From Eledone cirrhosa (Eukaryota), in contig OZ024743.1 in the NCBI GenBank assembly GCA_964016885.1, positions 110,980,001 to 111,044,000 of the forward strand: DNA of 64,000 bases, given 5' to 3'. Shown piece by piece: positions 45,480-58,616 of this stretch. The notes below the pieces were generated by a model. It was not told where the DNA came from. It did no database searches and was given only the letters and a program-made list of their open reading frames with translations. Made by a program: the position numbers and the translations under genes. Position 1 is the first letter of the stretch, and each line of letters starts with the position of its first letter.

Positions 45480-47400
45480 CACCAGAGTATGAAAACAGGA
45501 GATAGGAACACCAAGATATATCATAAATATTTGGAATTAAAGAAAGGTATATATGTTATTATTTATGATTGGATATTTTGGAACAGTGTCAAGAACTCTT
45601 GAAGGATGGTTAGACAATATAGAGGCGAAAGAAGAACTTAAGAGTAGCCAAACGGCATGTCTGTTGGGCACAGCACGGTTTATGAGATATGTGTTGAAAA
45701 CGTAAGGTCAATTAAGTTTGACTTGGTATTTGAGAAATATTCCACATTGACATTTACACTGTGATAGCAAAATACATTTTGGCGAGGGACTTGGTGGCAG
45801 GATTTTGAACATAATAGTTGCGCAGTGTGGATTCATAGTAATAGAAAAGAGATTAAAGTACACACTCACAAAAAACCCGATTTGATTATTTCGGTTGATA
45901 CCCTTAAAACGCAGACCAATAAATTAACGAACTGAAATTAGCAATGCCCGAATGGTGTGCAAGGATATTTATTAGACTAAGAATATAACGTCTCTCCACG
46001 TGATACAGGCGACCATGTTCAAATGACGGTTTGATGTTGGGTAAAATGTTGTGATGGTTGACATACTTACCAATGTTCTAATAATGAAAGGCGAAGATAA
46101 CGAAAATGGCATTACAAACTATAGGTCTACCACACGTTTGACCTTCATGCGGGAATTGCTAAAAATCCTTATGTGTGAGGAAATCTACCACCATCTCAAC
46201 ATGATCAGTGTACTGCCACGGGATGTGGTACAAACCACATCCCGTAGCAGTACAACCACCAGTTACTTATTGACAAAATGATATGGTCAGGGAGCGATCC
46301 ATTGGTTTTATTATGAGATGGATAGGCTACAGGAAGGCATTCGGTATGGGTTATCTATTCTTGAATAACCAAGAACCTAGAGATCATCAGACTGCAATTA
46401 AATAATTGTTTCTACTTTAGGCACAAGGCCAGCAATTATCCAGTGCATTACTGGTACTTTATTTTATCGACCCCGTAAGGATGAAAGGCAAAATAAACCT
46501 CGGCGGGATTTGAACTCAGATCGTAAAGGGACGTAACTATGCTGGAAAGCATGGCGTCCGACCCTCTACCGATACTACGGACAGGGAAGTGAAGAGCTTA
46601 CCATCAACCGCCTCCTCTCAGGGAACAACCTAAAGGTCTTTGGGAAGAACGAGAATGATTTGGATATAGTTGATAATACTGTTCCTATTTTCACCAATGA
46701 GAATTGTATAGGTAAGGATGTAAAAAAATCATATCTGGCAAAAGTGCTAAATATGCAAGAACTTGTCTATTATTAGGTACAGTTAAATGGAATGTAAATG
46801 AAATGTAAACGAATAAAGGACTGGATAGAAAGTCAAAGAAATTAATTACTACATTAAATGGATGATGTTGATAGACCGTACCAAAGGAGAGATCAAGGTG
46901 GAAGAGTTCTTATAAGCTTGAAGGACTGTGTTCAGATGGAGAAGAGTTGTTTATATAAATAAGTGTATGAGAGTAATTAAGAAAGCACCAGGCCCAATGT
47001 TATTTTGAAGGAGGCGATATTAGACAAAAGTTTGTCCAAGAATGCCAAAGAAAAAGAACCTGAATGAAAAAGCTCTTCATAGTATCTTTTTGAAGAAAAC
47101 AGAATTCAGAAATCCGCAAACATGGGAATAGTTAAAGAAGGGGGGTTTTAAGAAACATGCTATAAGGAATATTACCGGCTGCACAAGAACAAAGTGTATG
47201 AGACTTCATATTGAAAGGAGGAGGATAGCCGAGACAGTAAGATCTGTGGCTCACATCGTATCCCTGTATAAACACATTGCCCAGACTTATTATGAAGGAT
47301 GGAGGCATATCATAGGAAACGTGGTCCGCTGGCTTTTATGCAAACTGAATGATTTACCCAAAAGACCTTTAGCGTGACCACCATATTCCGATATACACTG
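45480..47400 (+). mobile_element. Highly decayed R4/Dong-like LINE remnants with an inserted SINE
   Basis: Remnants CLLGTAR, TNYR, MRWIGYRKAF, INRLL...LKVFGK and DVDR...RDQGGRVL. Confidence 0.55.
46401..46577 (-). mobile_element. tRNA-derived SINE (family 1) inserted in the LINE
   Basis: Near-identical reverse complement of the 8669 SINE. Confidence 0.88.
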
Positions 47401-47739
47401 AACATTTGAGGCTGCAGATAGCGGCTTGATGTTAATTTAGACCAGCTTCGCTGGAAATAACATCATTTACTGAGATATCACTTTCAAAATAATAATTATT
47501 ATTATTGGTCGTCGACAAGAGAAGGTGTTGTTTTTTTTTAGTCACCCTGAGTTTGTAAGCTTGAAATGTTCTTTTTCGAATTGTATTTGACTTGTCCTGC
47601 AAAAGATTCATAGGAGTTTAGGAGTTTAGTCTATGCCCTGTGAAATGGAGACTTTATAATATTTGGGATTTTTGGACAAAATATTTGAGGTTTTAACGTA
47701 TTTTACTCATCTTTTTTTTTAATGGACGAAACCCCACCC

Positions 47740-48170
47740 CAACATTAAGTCTGTCGTCTCGGGTCAACGACTTAAAAGTTGTGAGGAGGGAAAAAATACA
47801 CAACGACAAGCACAATTGTGGAGAAAGAAAAAATTGGTGTTAAAAAATGAACTACACAAATATAATCATAGCGTGACAGTTGAAGTAGCAAGAGAACGAT
47901 GGTGGCGTTGGTTAAAACAATCGCGCAGGACGAAGAAATTCAGCGTACGATCCTTGAAAGGCAGGTTAAATCACAGGCCACAAACTGCCGCGTTCGCCAA
48001 GTTAATAAACAACTATTTCCTTTGTCCAGAGTGTGCAATGAATGCAACAAAACAATATTACATGCTGTTTATGAATGTTCTAAACTAAATAAAACTAGTT
48101 TAAAATAAACAAGCAATATTATATGAAAGATATTGAGAGAATGTACTTCTACGCCATAAATATAACTCAT
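47740..48170 (+). mobile_element. Decayed L1/Tx1 C-terminal zinc-finger region
   Basis: CPEC and TILHAVYEC remnants in adjacent frames. Confidence 0.4.
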
Positions 48171-48456
48171 AAACACGGATGACTTAAATCGATTATTTTT
48201 CTATAATCATAATAATATTCCAATCACAATAAGTGTTCTACATGTTAGAGAATTTTTTTCCTTCTCTTTATTGAGGTAGATTATTTTTTTTTTTTTTTCA
48301 ATTTGATATCGATATCAATCATATTTTCAACCAGTTTGTCACAGCATTGAAATGGGGTTAAACCATTAAATGTTCTTTTAGACCCACACCAAGACACATA
48401 TCCTTATATACATATATTCATAAAATTTGGATTCGTTTATTATAAATTATAGATAT

Positions 48457-48511
48457 ACTGCTATATATATTTAGGTGACAGCCATCATTGGCTGTCACGT
48501 CTTCAGACAGT
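48457..48511 (-). ncRNA. Degenerate type I hammerhead (G12>U)
   Basis: Minus strand: actgt-CTGAAGA-c gtgacagcca atga tggctgtcac c-TAAA-tatata-TA-gcagt. Confidence 0.5.
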
Positions 48512-48627
48512 CCGAATTGGTGTGTAAAATACAGGTACACTTGTTGTTGAAGTGTGGTTTACTCCGTCAATACATCGATATGTCCAGCTCCTGGTTGTGT
48601 TGTTACTCCTCTGAGGAACTGGAGTCA

Positions 48628-48660
<33 letters not shown>

Positions 48661-49320
48661 GAGTGTTTGTGTGAGTGTGTGTGTGTGTGTGTGTATGTGT
48701 GTAAAAGGTAAACAGAAATAACAACACAATCGGTACACTATATGGAAGGGATATATTAGGTTAATGCTTGATATAACTTAATGAGGGTTTTAACGTTTCA
48801 GAGGCTAGTCCTTCACCAGAAGAAAGAATGAGAAATATGATAGATTGAGGCGACGGGCGTGTTGGATTAGGAAAAAAATGTCTTTAGATAAAAATAACAG
48901 GTCCATTCATGTTGACATCTTTGAAGTGATTGTTAAAATTAATCTGTATGATTGTGTAACCGAGACTGCACCAAATATTATAAACATATATAATGTTGTC
49001 ATCAACTTTATGACAACAGCACCGGCCGACAGTACTCCATATGCTCTTGTCATTATTTGTAATGACAACAACGTTGTCGTTTCTTTTCTTCTTCATTATC
49101 TGATCACTCTTTCAAATCGAAAAGTAAGAACGTCAAGAAAACATGTCTGTTAAGGTGAATAAAAATATTGATTATTAAAGATGAACTAGATGACGGACAA
49201 TACTCATGATGTCGCTTGTACACTTTCAATATGACGTCATTTCAACATTGTGTTAGTGGCAGGTCAACGATATAAACAATACGGCTAAATGGAGTAAATA
49301 TAGCGTAGAAAAAATAGTTG

Positions 49321-49322
<2 letters not shown>

Positions 49323-49372
<50 letters not shown>

Positions 49373-49392
49373 GAGCAGCAGCAGCAGCAGCA
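49323..49392. repeat. (TAG)n/(CAG)n trinucleotide repeat
   Basis: Directly visible. Confidence 0.95.
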
Positions 49393-49640
49393 TCATTTGT
49401 ATTAGTAATAGTAGAAGTAATGGAATTAGTAGCAATAATCGTAGTAGGCAAAATTAATTAGAAGCCTGAAATTGATTGGTTATGACAGTAACAAGAAGCG
49501 GGTGGCGGGGAGGAGCGAAAACATGATATGTAGTTGATATCTCGAATGAATTATCAAAAGAATTCGTAACACGTATAACGTTTCTAGAAATACATGTTTC
49601 ATTCAATGTTATATATATGCATATACATATATATAAAATT

Positions 49641-49685
<45 letters not shown>

Positions 49686-49732
49686 CATATTCATTCTTGC
49701 AATATTAAACAAATATGACCCTCCCCAAGTAT

Positions 49733-49770
<38 letters not shown>

Positions 49771-49775
<5 letters not shown>

Positions 49776-49886
49776 AACCAGTAAGACCCCGACAGCTGAG
49801 CTCAAGCCGTTTCGACGGCTAATTCTGGACTGAATTAGCCGTCGAAACGGCTTGAGCTCAGCTGTCGGGGTCTTACTGGTTCCTAT
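49771..49886. repeat. Perfect 55-bp-arm palindrome containing a hammerhead 3' half, between (TA)n tracts
   Basis: Arms 49771-49825 and 49832-49886; gtc-GAAA-cggcttgagctcagctg-TC-gggg. Confidence 0.85.
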
Positions 49887-49962
49887 TACCCACTCTACTA
49901 CCTCAAGTATTGAGTACTTTGGTGCGTTATGGTCCACCTGGTTCCTTACCACATTTCCTTCG

Positions 49963-50056
<94 letters not shown>

Positions 50057-50069
50057 GTATATATATATA

Positions 50070-51792
50070 CTAGCAGATTTACCCGGCGTTGCTCGGAGTT
50101 TGAAATTATGCTAAGTATATACAGCTAGGAAGTAAAAGAAGAACATTATTTGTCGCCCACCTGTCAAAATAAGCAGAAGTCTTCAATAATTAATGCAAAC
50201 GAATATTTAGTGCAATCTTTGTACACATAAAACTATGCTGATAATGAAGGATAACTCTGATCAGGATGTAGTTATACAAATGATTAAAGACAATACACGT
50301 TACAAATCTGTAAAAAAAACAGGCAGTTTCGCTAAAGTACAAAAAGTTGTAATGAAAGCAGAGTTGTATACAAACAAAGAAACAATGAGAGTAGAATAAG
50401 AGAAAATCTATTCTTTGAGAGCATCCTTTGCTGTGTATGGTTAAATTGTTAACTTATACTCCAAAACATCCTGCATGACATATTCATTGGTATGTTTTGT
50501 AATGAGTAAGATGAAGTCAAGGCAGAGCTGTAACAAGTTTCTTTGTTAACACTAAAGCACTTTAGGATAGACGATATTCTTTGTTTTTCTTTTCGGAACA
50601 AACGCGAATAGATTATCTAGTCTGCCAACTCGTGAGCAGGCAACGTAGAATTGTCCGTGCGAAAAGCAAGGTTCATCCAAGTGAATTCCAACGACGGACA
50701 GAGTTTGATCTTGCGACTTGTTTATGGACAACGCAAAGGCAAGGCGAAGGGGAAATTGGGTTCGGCGAAAGGAGAAGTGAGTATCCACGCCTGATGTAGT
50801 CAGGCTAATTTTTGTTATTATCACATCCTCGCCTTTTCCACATCCGGATAGAATGGTAGCGTCAATACTAAGTGGAGACAGTTTTTTAACCACAATGCGA
50901 GTACCATTGCATAGTTTTGGAGGAGTGATATTTCACAGCAAAATAATTGGTGTTCCCTCTTTCAGAACCAATGTATTAGGAGGTAAACCAGGATGATTTA
51001 AAGAATTTAGAAATGCAACTGGATAATTGACCGCATCGTATGGATCACATATAGTATCAATAGATTTATATATCCGTGGACATCCAGGAAGAAGCTGAAG
51101 AAGCTGATCGTTAATACAGCTAACCGTGATATATTTGGGTTCAATAATGGCTCTTTCCCATAGTCAATCAAGATTCGTATAGTTATCACGCAAGTTCGGG
51201 AATACACTGGCCTTGAGATCATCGACAGTTTCAATTGCATTGCAAACGTGATCAATTGCTATGTGTCCACCTGTATCCGGAGGTAGGTTACCATCTCCTA
51301 TTGTAAGAATGTCTCCAGAAAATGTTGATGACAGAGGTCCTCATGCAACCAACCACGAATGTTGGTAGTTAGTCTTAATGATGTCACTTGTCGCCACAAT
51401 GGTGAAGACTTAAGACATGCATTTACCGCATCTGCTCTTGTTCCTTTCGGTATTATAGGAAGATTCTGTCTGAAGTCTCCTGATAGTAGAAGGGTGACAC
51501 CCCCGTAACATCACTGAAATCCGGTAATCTTACAAAGGTTATCTCCCTTTTTTACAAGGATTGTCAATAAAGTTTGTTATCTCCCTTACATCAATTTTTC
51601 TACCGATAATTTTGATATCGATTTTTTATTGCTCAACCTGCATCGATTTGCAATATGTTTGTGATGTGACAATCTTAGCGATCTGTGCAATGTGCACAGA
51701 AAATTTGGTCAAATTCAGTTGGTAATTGTAAAAGCCTTAAGTATGCAAAGTTGTACACAGACACACACACATCCTCGATTTTATATATATAA
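50070..51792 (-). mobile_element. Helitron (internally deleted) with PIF1-like helicase remnant
   Basis: 3' end ccgagcaacgccggg...CTAG|T at 50070; ORF 50552-50893 QFPLRLAFALSINKSQ.QTL...FSHGQFYVACSRV; upstream GDFRQ remnant; 5' end T.TATATATATAAAATCGAGG. Confidence 0.88.
50552..51500 (-). pseudogene. Helitron PIF1-family helicase, C-terminal part, disrupted
   Basis: SF1B helicase C-terminal motifs (INKSQ.QT, HGQ.YVA.SRV) and LCNGTRIVV. Confidence 0.85.
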
Positions 51793-51803
51793 ATATATAT
51801 ATA

Positions 51804-54319
51804 CTAGCAGAAGTACCCGGCGTTACCCGGGTGTAAGTCGACCTTTGGTCTGTTAGAATGTGTGAAAGTTACTTCCCGCGCATCACAGGTTCAAAACTTC
51901 GAACTTCAATGGAAAAAAATAGGTTAGTAGACACAGGTGTGTAATTTATTAATTGTAGTTACAAAGTGTATGGTTTTAATTGTTCTCTGCACGACTGACG
52001 GAAGTCAAAATCGCTTGATATTGAATGTTCAGTTAATTTAAATCAGGGTGAAAATGTTGGTTACTTTCAGGGTTTTTTTTTGTTTTACAATGTTTGCGCT
52101 CACATGTGCAGAAGAAGAATTAAAAGGGCCTTTATCTTAACCGCGGCATAATGGCGAGTCTTTTGTGACAGTTTTCAAGAATATAGGACGTTCCTGTAAA
52201 AAGTTTTGCCATGTGTAACTTTGCCTTGTTTTTTTGCGCAAAGTCGAGCCCCGCTTCAGTTTTATTGATTTTTTACATCAATGCCTGATCTCTGAAGTAG
52301 ATTTGAGTAGCTAAAAACCTGTCCCGGTAAATTTGCTATAGGTGAAAACAAGTTGATCAAAATTGTATCGAGGGTTATTGCCCTTTGCCACAGCCTCAAG
52401 CCTCGTCTGACGGGATGTTGGTAATTCCTCCGTCAGCGCTTGTTGGCGACGAAGGCGAACATCAGCAAGCCTTGTCGTACGTGATGTTGGTGACTCAACC
52501 AGCCGAGAAAGACGTCTATCAGCGAGTCGAGATTCGCGCTCAGCAGGTGTTTCCTAGAGAAAATTAATTAATTCTACTGGTTAGCTAAGCCAATGGCAGT
52601 GTCAATAGTAAATGAGAAAAGTCTAACATGAACAAAAGGGAATCAAGGTAAGACAATCAATTTAATATAACTACGATTAGAATGTTGTAGTTGCTTAAAA
52701 GTGGTGACAGTTAGGATAAACGCAGTACTTGCTAACATTAAGGGAGAATATTGCATAAAGGATTAATCAATTGTGAATGAACTCATACCTGAGAACGCCT
52801 AATTCGTTGTCTCAAAGCAATAGCTGTACCTTTTTTGGAGGTAAGTCTTGAACGTTTCCGTGTGGGCATAACGACGTGTAACGAAGCTGTTAGGTTAGAG
52901 AGAGGTGATTAAATACAGAGAGAGATGACACCAGATTCGTTAGCATGGTTACTGGTGAATGGGAAGGTTTGGAAATATGATTACAATAACTTACCGAATT
53001 TTCCCGTCTGTAAATTGCACTTAAAATAATTAAATTTAATCAAAAAACAGCTCTGCGCTTTATACTCCGGTGAGCCTTATGTATAAATAATACAATGGTA
53101 ATCAATCAAGGCTCTAACAGAAGTAATAGATCTAGACTAAAAGTAAAGAAGATAGCATTTTCCTGGTTGGCCTTACACGCCGTTGCGCGTACCTGATTTT
53201 AAATGATACGCCTTATATCCTGGTGAGCCTTATAGAGCGGAAAATATCTATTGGAAAAGAATACGAATTCATGACTAAGGTGTGACAAAATAGGCGTCTA
53301 TACAGCGCCTGAAACAAACTTGTCCAAAACCCTAGGATTTTTCTCGTTAAGTATCCCCCCAAAAAGGAACCGTTTTTTAGTTACAAAAAATAACCAAAGT
53401 GTATAGTAGCTATATTTCTGACATATCATGCCAAAAAGAACAATATATTCAAAAAATGTTCTAAAGTACATTCAATCTCTCTTTTTGACCGATATCTTAA
53501 TAAGCAAGTTATCGATGTTTTATTGGCTGTCAGTGTCTATCTGCATGCAGGTGTGCACGTGTGCGCAATTAATTGCAATACGCTCATAACATTTAGTCGT
53601 AAGCAGAACAAAAAATACCATTAGAGGTGGGCTAATAATGAAGACACAAACCCTGGTGAACTTACGCTTAAACACCCGAAAAGTTACTCACTTCCTGTGC
53701 AAAAGACTGTATTATAAATTAAGTAATTTTTTAGAATCTTTTGTTTAAAAAAGGAAAACATTGGTACGACGTAAATTTTTTTACTTGTATTGTATGTGTA
53801 CAATACAACTTGGTCAACGTATTATTTAGTAATTTTTTTTTCAAAAAGCATGATTATTTAAGACTGTTTGAAAATTTACTCACAGCTTTTAGGTTAAAAA
53901 AAGACACCATTAAATTTGGTTCCCTTTCCAGATAGGGATAATACTGTATTTCCACTTGAATAAGGTGGAATATGAAAAGATAAACTTTTTAATGGTCGGT
54001 CGTTTACTGAGACAACTGGAAAGACATGCAGCTGGCCTTCCAATCAATAACGCACGTCCTTATATGGGCATATGCAATTTATTTTTATTGCGCCAGATGT
54101 AAACTAAGAGTTCTTGTGTTCGAATTCACATAAAATTTCATTGGAATCGAAAAACCTTCTGTCATAGGGCCCGATTATCGATTTTTCGAAAATTTCAAGT
54201 AGCCTATTCCACTCTACGCGTTGAGTTTTATATATGTGTGAGGTTTCATGAAAATTGGATGAACGGTGTAGCATGCAAGTTCGGTACACTAAACAATGTC
54301 CATCCTTTATATATATAGA
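51804..54319 (-). mobile_element. Non-autonomous Helitron
   Basis: 5' A|TCTATATATATAAAGG at 54319; 3' hairpin cccgggtaacgccggg then CTAG|T at 51804. Confidence 0.78.
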
Positions 54320-54537
54320 TATAACAAATTATCGTTATAGGTAATTCAGTTAGAGGTTGTGAATACTCCGTATTGTGAAAAGTTTTAGCTTACGGCGTTG
54401 TTTGATACAAGAGGTTTCCTTAGGTAGCGAGTTTGGGAGCTCTCGGAAATTCCTATGCAGGTTAATCTTGTAGTAATAATACTGAGAGCGTGAAGAATAA
54501 CATGCTCAACAGTACAAAAAGGATTTTATTTACACTC

Positions 54538-54614
<77 letters not shown>

Positions 54615-54903
54615 ATACTTTGCGAGGGTCATGCTGCCAATAAAATCACATGCATCTGGTTTTTCACTTCAATTCATACATTTCCGGTTGGTCGTTGGGT
54701 GGGTTCGATAAACAGAACGTTTTTTATATATTTTTTACATATGTTATTCTTTTATTAATGAATGTAGCCTGTGATATATTGTGGTATGGCTAATAATTTG
54801 TTATCAGACACACACTCCCCCCCTCTCTCTCACTCTTTCTTTCTCTATGTACACACACACACACACACACACATACACACACACACACACACAGAGACAC
54901 ACA

Positions 54904-54961
<58 letters not shown>

Positions 54962-55643
54962 CAACGGAGAAAGCTTTTTAGCTATACTCCGGCCAAATTC
55001 CAATTCACTCAACAAACATTAGGAAATAAGTGATTATATTCACAATTATGCGTTCGGGGTGTTAACTAAAAGTATTGCGTGGAGAATTGGATGTATTATT
55101 TCATATGAGACATATCTAATATATCTCTTCCCAGACGGACGTCTCGTTTCATTATAGGATTCCTACAATGTGGGTGAAATTATACCAATCTATGTAGGAG
55201 CTTGTATACCATCAATAGATATATATTGAAGTGGGCTCCTATAATTCATCAGTGGGTGCCCCATTAATACTAATATTGATAATCTAACCAACATCAGCAT
55301 TTAGCGATAATCACTTTCTGTGCCTGAGGTATCTGTCAGGTTGTCAGTCCAGCGGTTCTACAGAAGTGCTCAAACTAATTCAAAAAATGAGGAAGTGAAT
55401 TACCGCCCAAAAAAAACAATACATGCGCGTGACAATGAATTCTGAAAGGAATTCAGGCCACGTGCTAAGAACTCAATTGGAAATTGAAAAAATATCTATG
55501 TGTGTACAACATTTGATGACACACACAGATATTTTCTCGGGCAAAATAAAAGAATGAGATATAAGGAACAATCAATATTCATATAGAAAAAAATAAACAA
55601 AGAAATGCTACCTTATACCAGGAATTTTTTCAAATCTGCTGCG

Positions 55644-55741
<98 letters not shown>

Positions 55742-55774
55742 TAGATACATACAAAAGTATGAAATACATTGATC

Positions 55775-55842
<68 letters not shown>

Positions 55843-55846
<4 letters not shown>

Positions 55847-55958
55847 TTGTAATAAAATGAAAACGAAATTTCATTTCTCACTCTTAGTACGGCACTTACT
55901 TAAATGTAAGTATGTATGTATACGTACATACATATATGTATACAGACGTACAGTAGCA

Positions 55959-56032
<74 letters not shown>

Positions 56033-56705
56033 CAGGTACACATACATATATGCACGTATCAGTTTAGCGGACGCTTATTATAACGCCCGCTTTGTTCGTT
56101 TGTAAACAAACTGAACAGCGTGAATTTATGCCGTACGGTGTTAAGGCAACCACGTCACCTTTTCGTTCAACACTGACACAGGAACGATGTACTAGTTTCA
56201 AGCTTGTTAGCTATCATCAGCACCGTATACCCTTCTGCCAGATGGTTGAACGTTCGAAAGTATATACTTTCCTTATGAAAATTAACGGCTGAGCAGCCTA
56301 ATTTGCATATCGAGAGAGTTACATTTAAGTAAGTGCCGTACTAAGAGTGAGAAATGAAATTTCGTTTTCATTTTATTACAACTTATCGTTTTCGGTACGC
56401 CTGGCCGTCTGAACTCACTCGATATGCAAATTAGGCTGCTCAGCCGTTAATTTTCATAAGGAAAGTATATACTTTCGAACGTTCAACCATCTGGCAGAAG
56501 GGTACACGGTGCTGATGATAGATAACAAGCTTGAAACTATTACATCGTTCCTGTGTCAGTGTTGAACGTAAAGGTGACGTGGTTGCCTTAACACCGTACG
56601 GTATAAATTCAGGCTGTTCAGTTTGTTTACAAACGAACAAAGCGGGCGTTATAATAAGCGTCCGCTAAACTGATACTTGCATATATGTATGTGTACCTGT
56701 ATGTA
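55843..56705. mobile_element. Second locus of family B (direct + inverted copy); hammerheads at 56184-56226 (-) and 56506-56548 (+, mutated)
   Basis: Highly similar to 16767-17260; inversion junction at ~56320; flanked by (TA)n. Confidence 0.88.
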
Positions 56706-56999
56706 TATATATATATATATATATATTTGTGTGTGTGAGAGAGAGAGAGAGAGTGTGTGTGTGTACATGTGTGTCTGTTTCTGTGTCTGTGTCTATGTAT
56801 GTGTGAGTATGGATTTCTTATATGTAAAGACATACGGTATATTTAATAAATAAACATTTTGAAAGCCCAGATATAAATATTAATAGGCTGACGGCCAGCG
56901 GATCTCACCACACTCAGCGAGGAAAAACTGTCCATGCACGTTTTGAGCTACTACTTCTCTTCAGCTCAGGGCTTCCTTGCTCTGTGCTGGAACTCGAAA

Positions 57000-58260
57000 A
57001 CAGGAGTTAATAGTTCCAGCAGTGAGCCGGAGAGTGCTGTCAAGTCTCGACATAGAGAAGGGAGATTTGTATGAACGTGGCATAGGCCTATCGGGGATCA
57101 ACTCCAGCAAGCTGTAAAGTGTGAAGAGAGGCAACAATCTCTACCACTATTTGACTTGTAAACAAATGTTCTATTGGTTCATCATCGTCCTGGATGTTTA
57201 GATACTGAGACTTATTGAAGGAGTCCCAATATTTCTGTAAGTTTTTGAACATTGAGCACATGTGGTCAAAATGTTTCAGAAAAGAATCGGTGGACATATT
57301 TTACGGGCAAAACATAACGGCAGTTGTTCCAGGTGTAGACCCTGAGCAAGATGTTTAGATGACCTTGGCTGGTCACACTTAGACATTCAGTCAGATCTAT
57401 TGGAGACGGTTACTTCTGACAGCATCCGCTGGAAGGAATGTTTAAGGTGTCTGACCCCTGCGGCCCTCTCAAGAAGAAGAAGAAGAAGAAGAAGGAGAAG
57501 GCTGAGGAGGAGGAGGATACCGGGATGATCTGTGTGAAAATTGGCGGTCGGTTAAAACCTAATATATAGTTATATTCCTCTCTTTGCATTGGTCTGTGAC
57601 GTAAGTGGGAAGGATCTGTTTAGGTACCCATCTCCCACTAATGGAAAGCTGGACATTCCGTCCGGCGTTTATCATTTTCACGCTCGAGACAAGCTGGATC
57701 CAGTTGTGTCAGGAAGCCGGCAACGTCGAGGTTTCTTCTGATGATAATATTTTGAGCGGTGTGTCTGGGAAACCGACCTCTTCTTATGAAGGCATGATAG
57801 TGGGTGCAGACCGAAAATATCAACAAGTTGAAATTTTCCATAATTGCATTTGTGTGGGTCACACTCGCGGACAACGAAACTTTGATCCACTCTGATGCAA
57901 TAAATGTATCGGTTGATGAGGATGATCACAGAATTGTGCCAAATGCAGTTGCTAAGGTCGTGGTACCAACTAAGGCGAGACGATGTTGGTGACTGGAAGA
58001 TCAGTGTAGACCAGCATTTGATATCATCCCAGTTATGTTTGATAACAATGAAGTGAGTGAAGTTAAATGTTAAAACTTTGATGAGAGCAAGACTGCGAAT
58101 TACATCATTGTGTTAGATTGGCTACATTAGAGTGGATGAGGTGATTAACCTTCTCCGGTCAATAGTCTGGATTGAAGCCAGGAGGTGTGTCCTCCAATTT
58201 CCGCCCAGCTGAAGCGATCGTAAAGCAGTGAACTAATACACGCACTTGTTTGAATTAATA
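57000..58260 (-). mobile_element. Very decayed LINE-like remnant (possibly CR1/L2 endonuclease region)
   Basis: Higher GC content and weak motif remnants only. Confidence 0.25.
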
Positions 58261-58367
58261 CTCATGCATGTTTGCCTGTTCTTCTGGTGTCTATAGTACA
58301 ACAAACAAACACGCACCCACACCCACACACACACACACATAGACACACACACTCACACACACACATT

Positions 58368-58445
<78 letters not shown>

Positions 58446-58616
58446 GCGAGAGAGAGAGTGAGAAAAGTAGAGAAAGAGAGAGAAAAAGATGGAGATAGAG
58501 ATAGGTATGTACATGTATGTGAGTATTCATATTAAATTACCTATTGCCATACTGATGTTCACATTTAATATGAAAGTGCGCTGTTATTTCAAATAATTAA
58601 ATATATATATATATAT

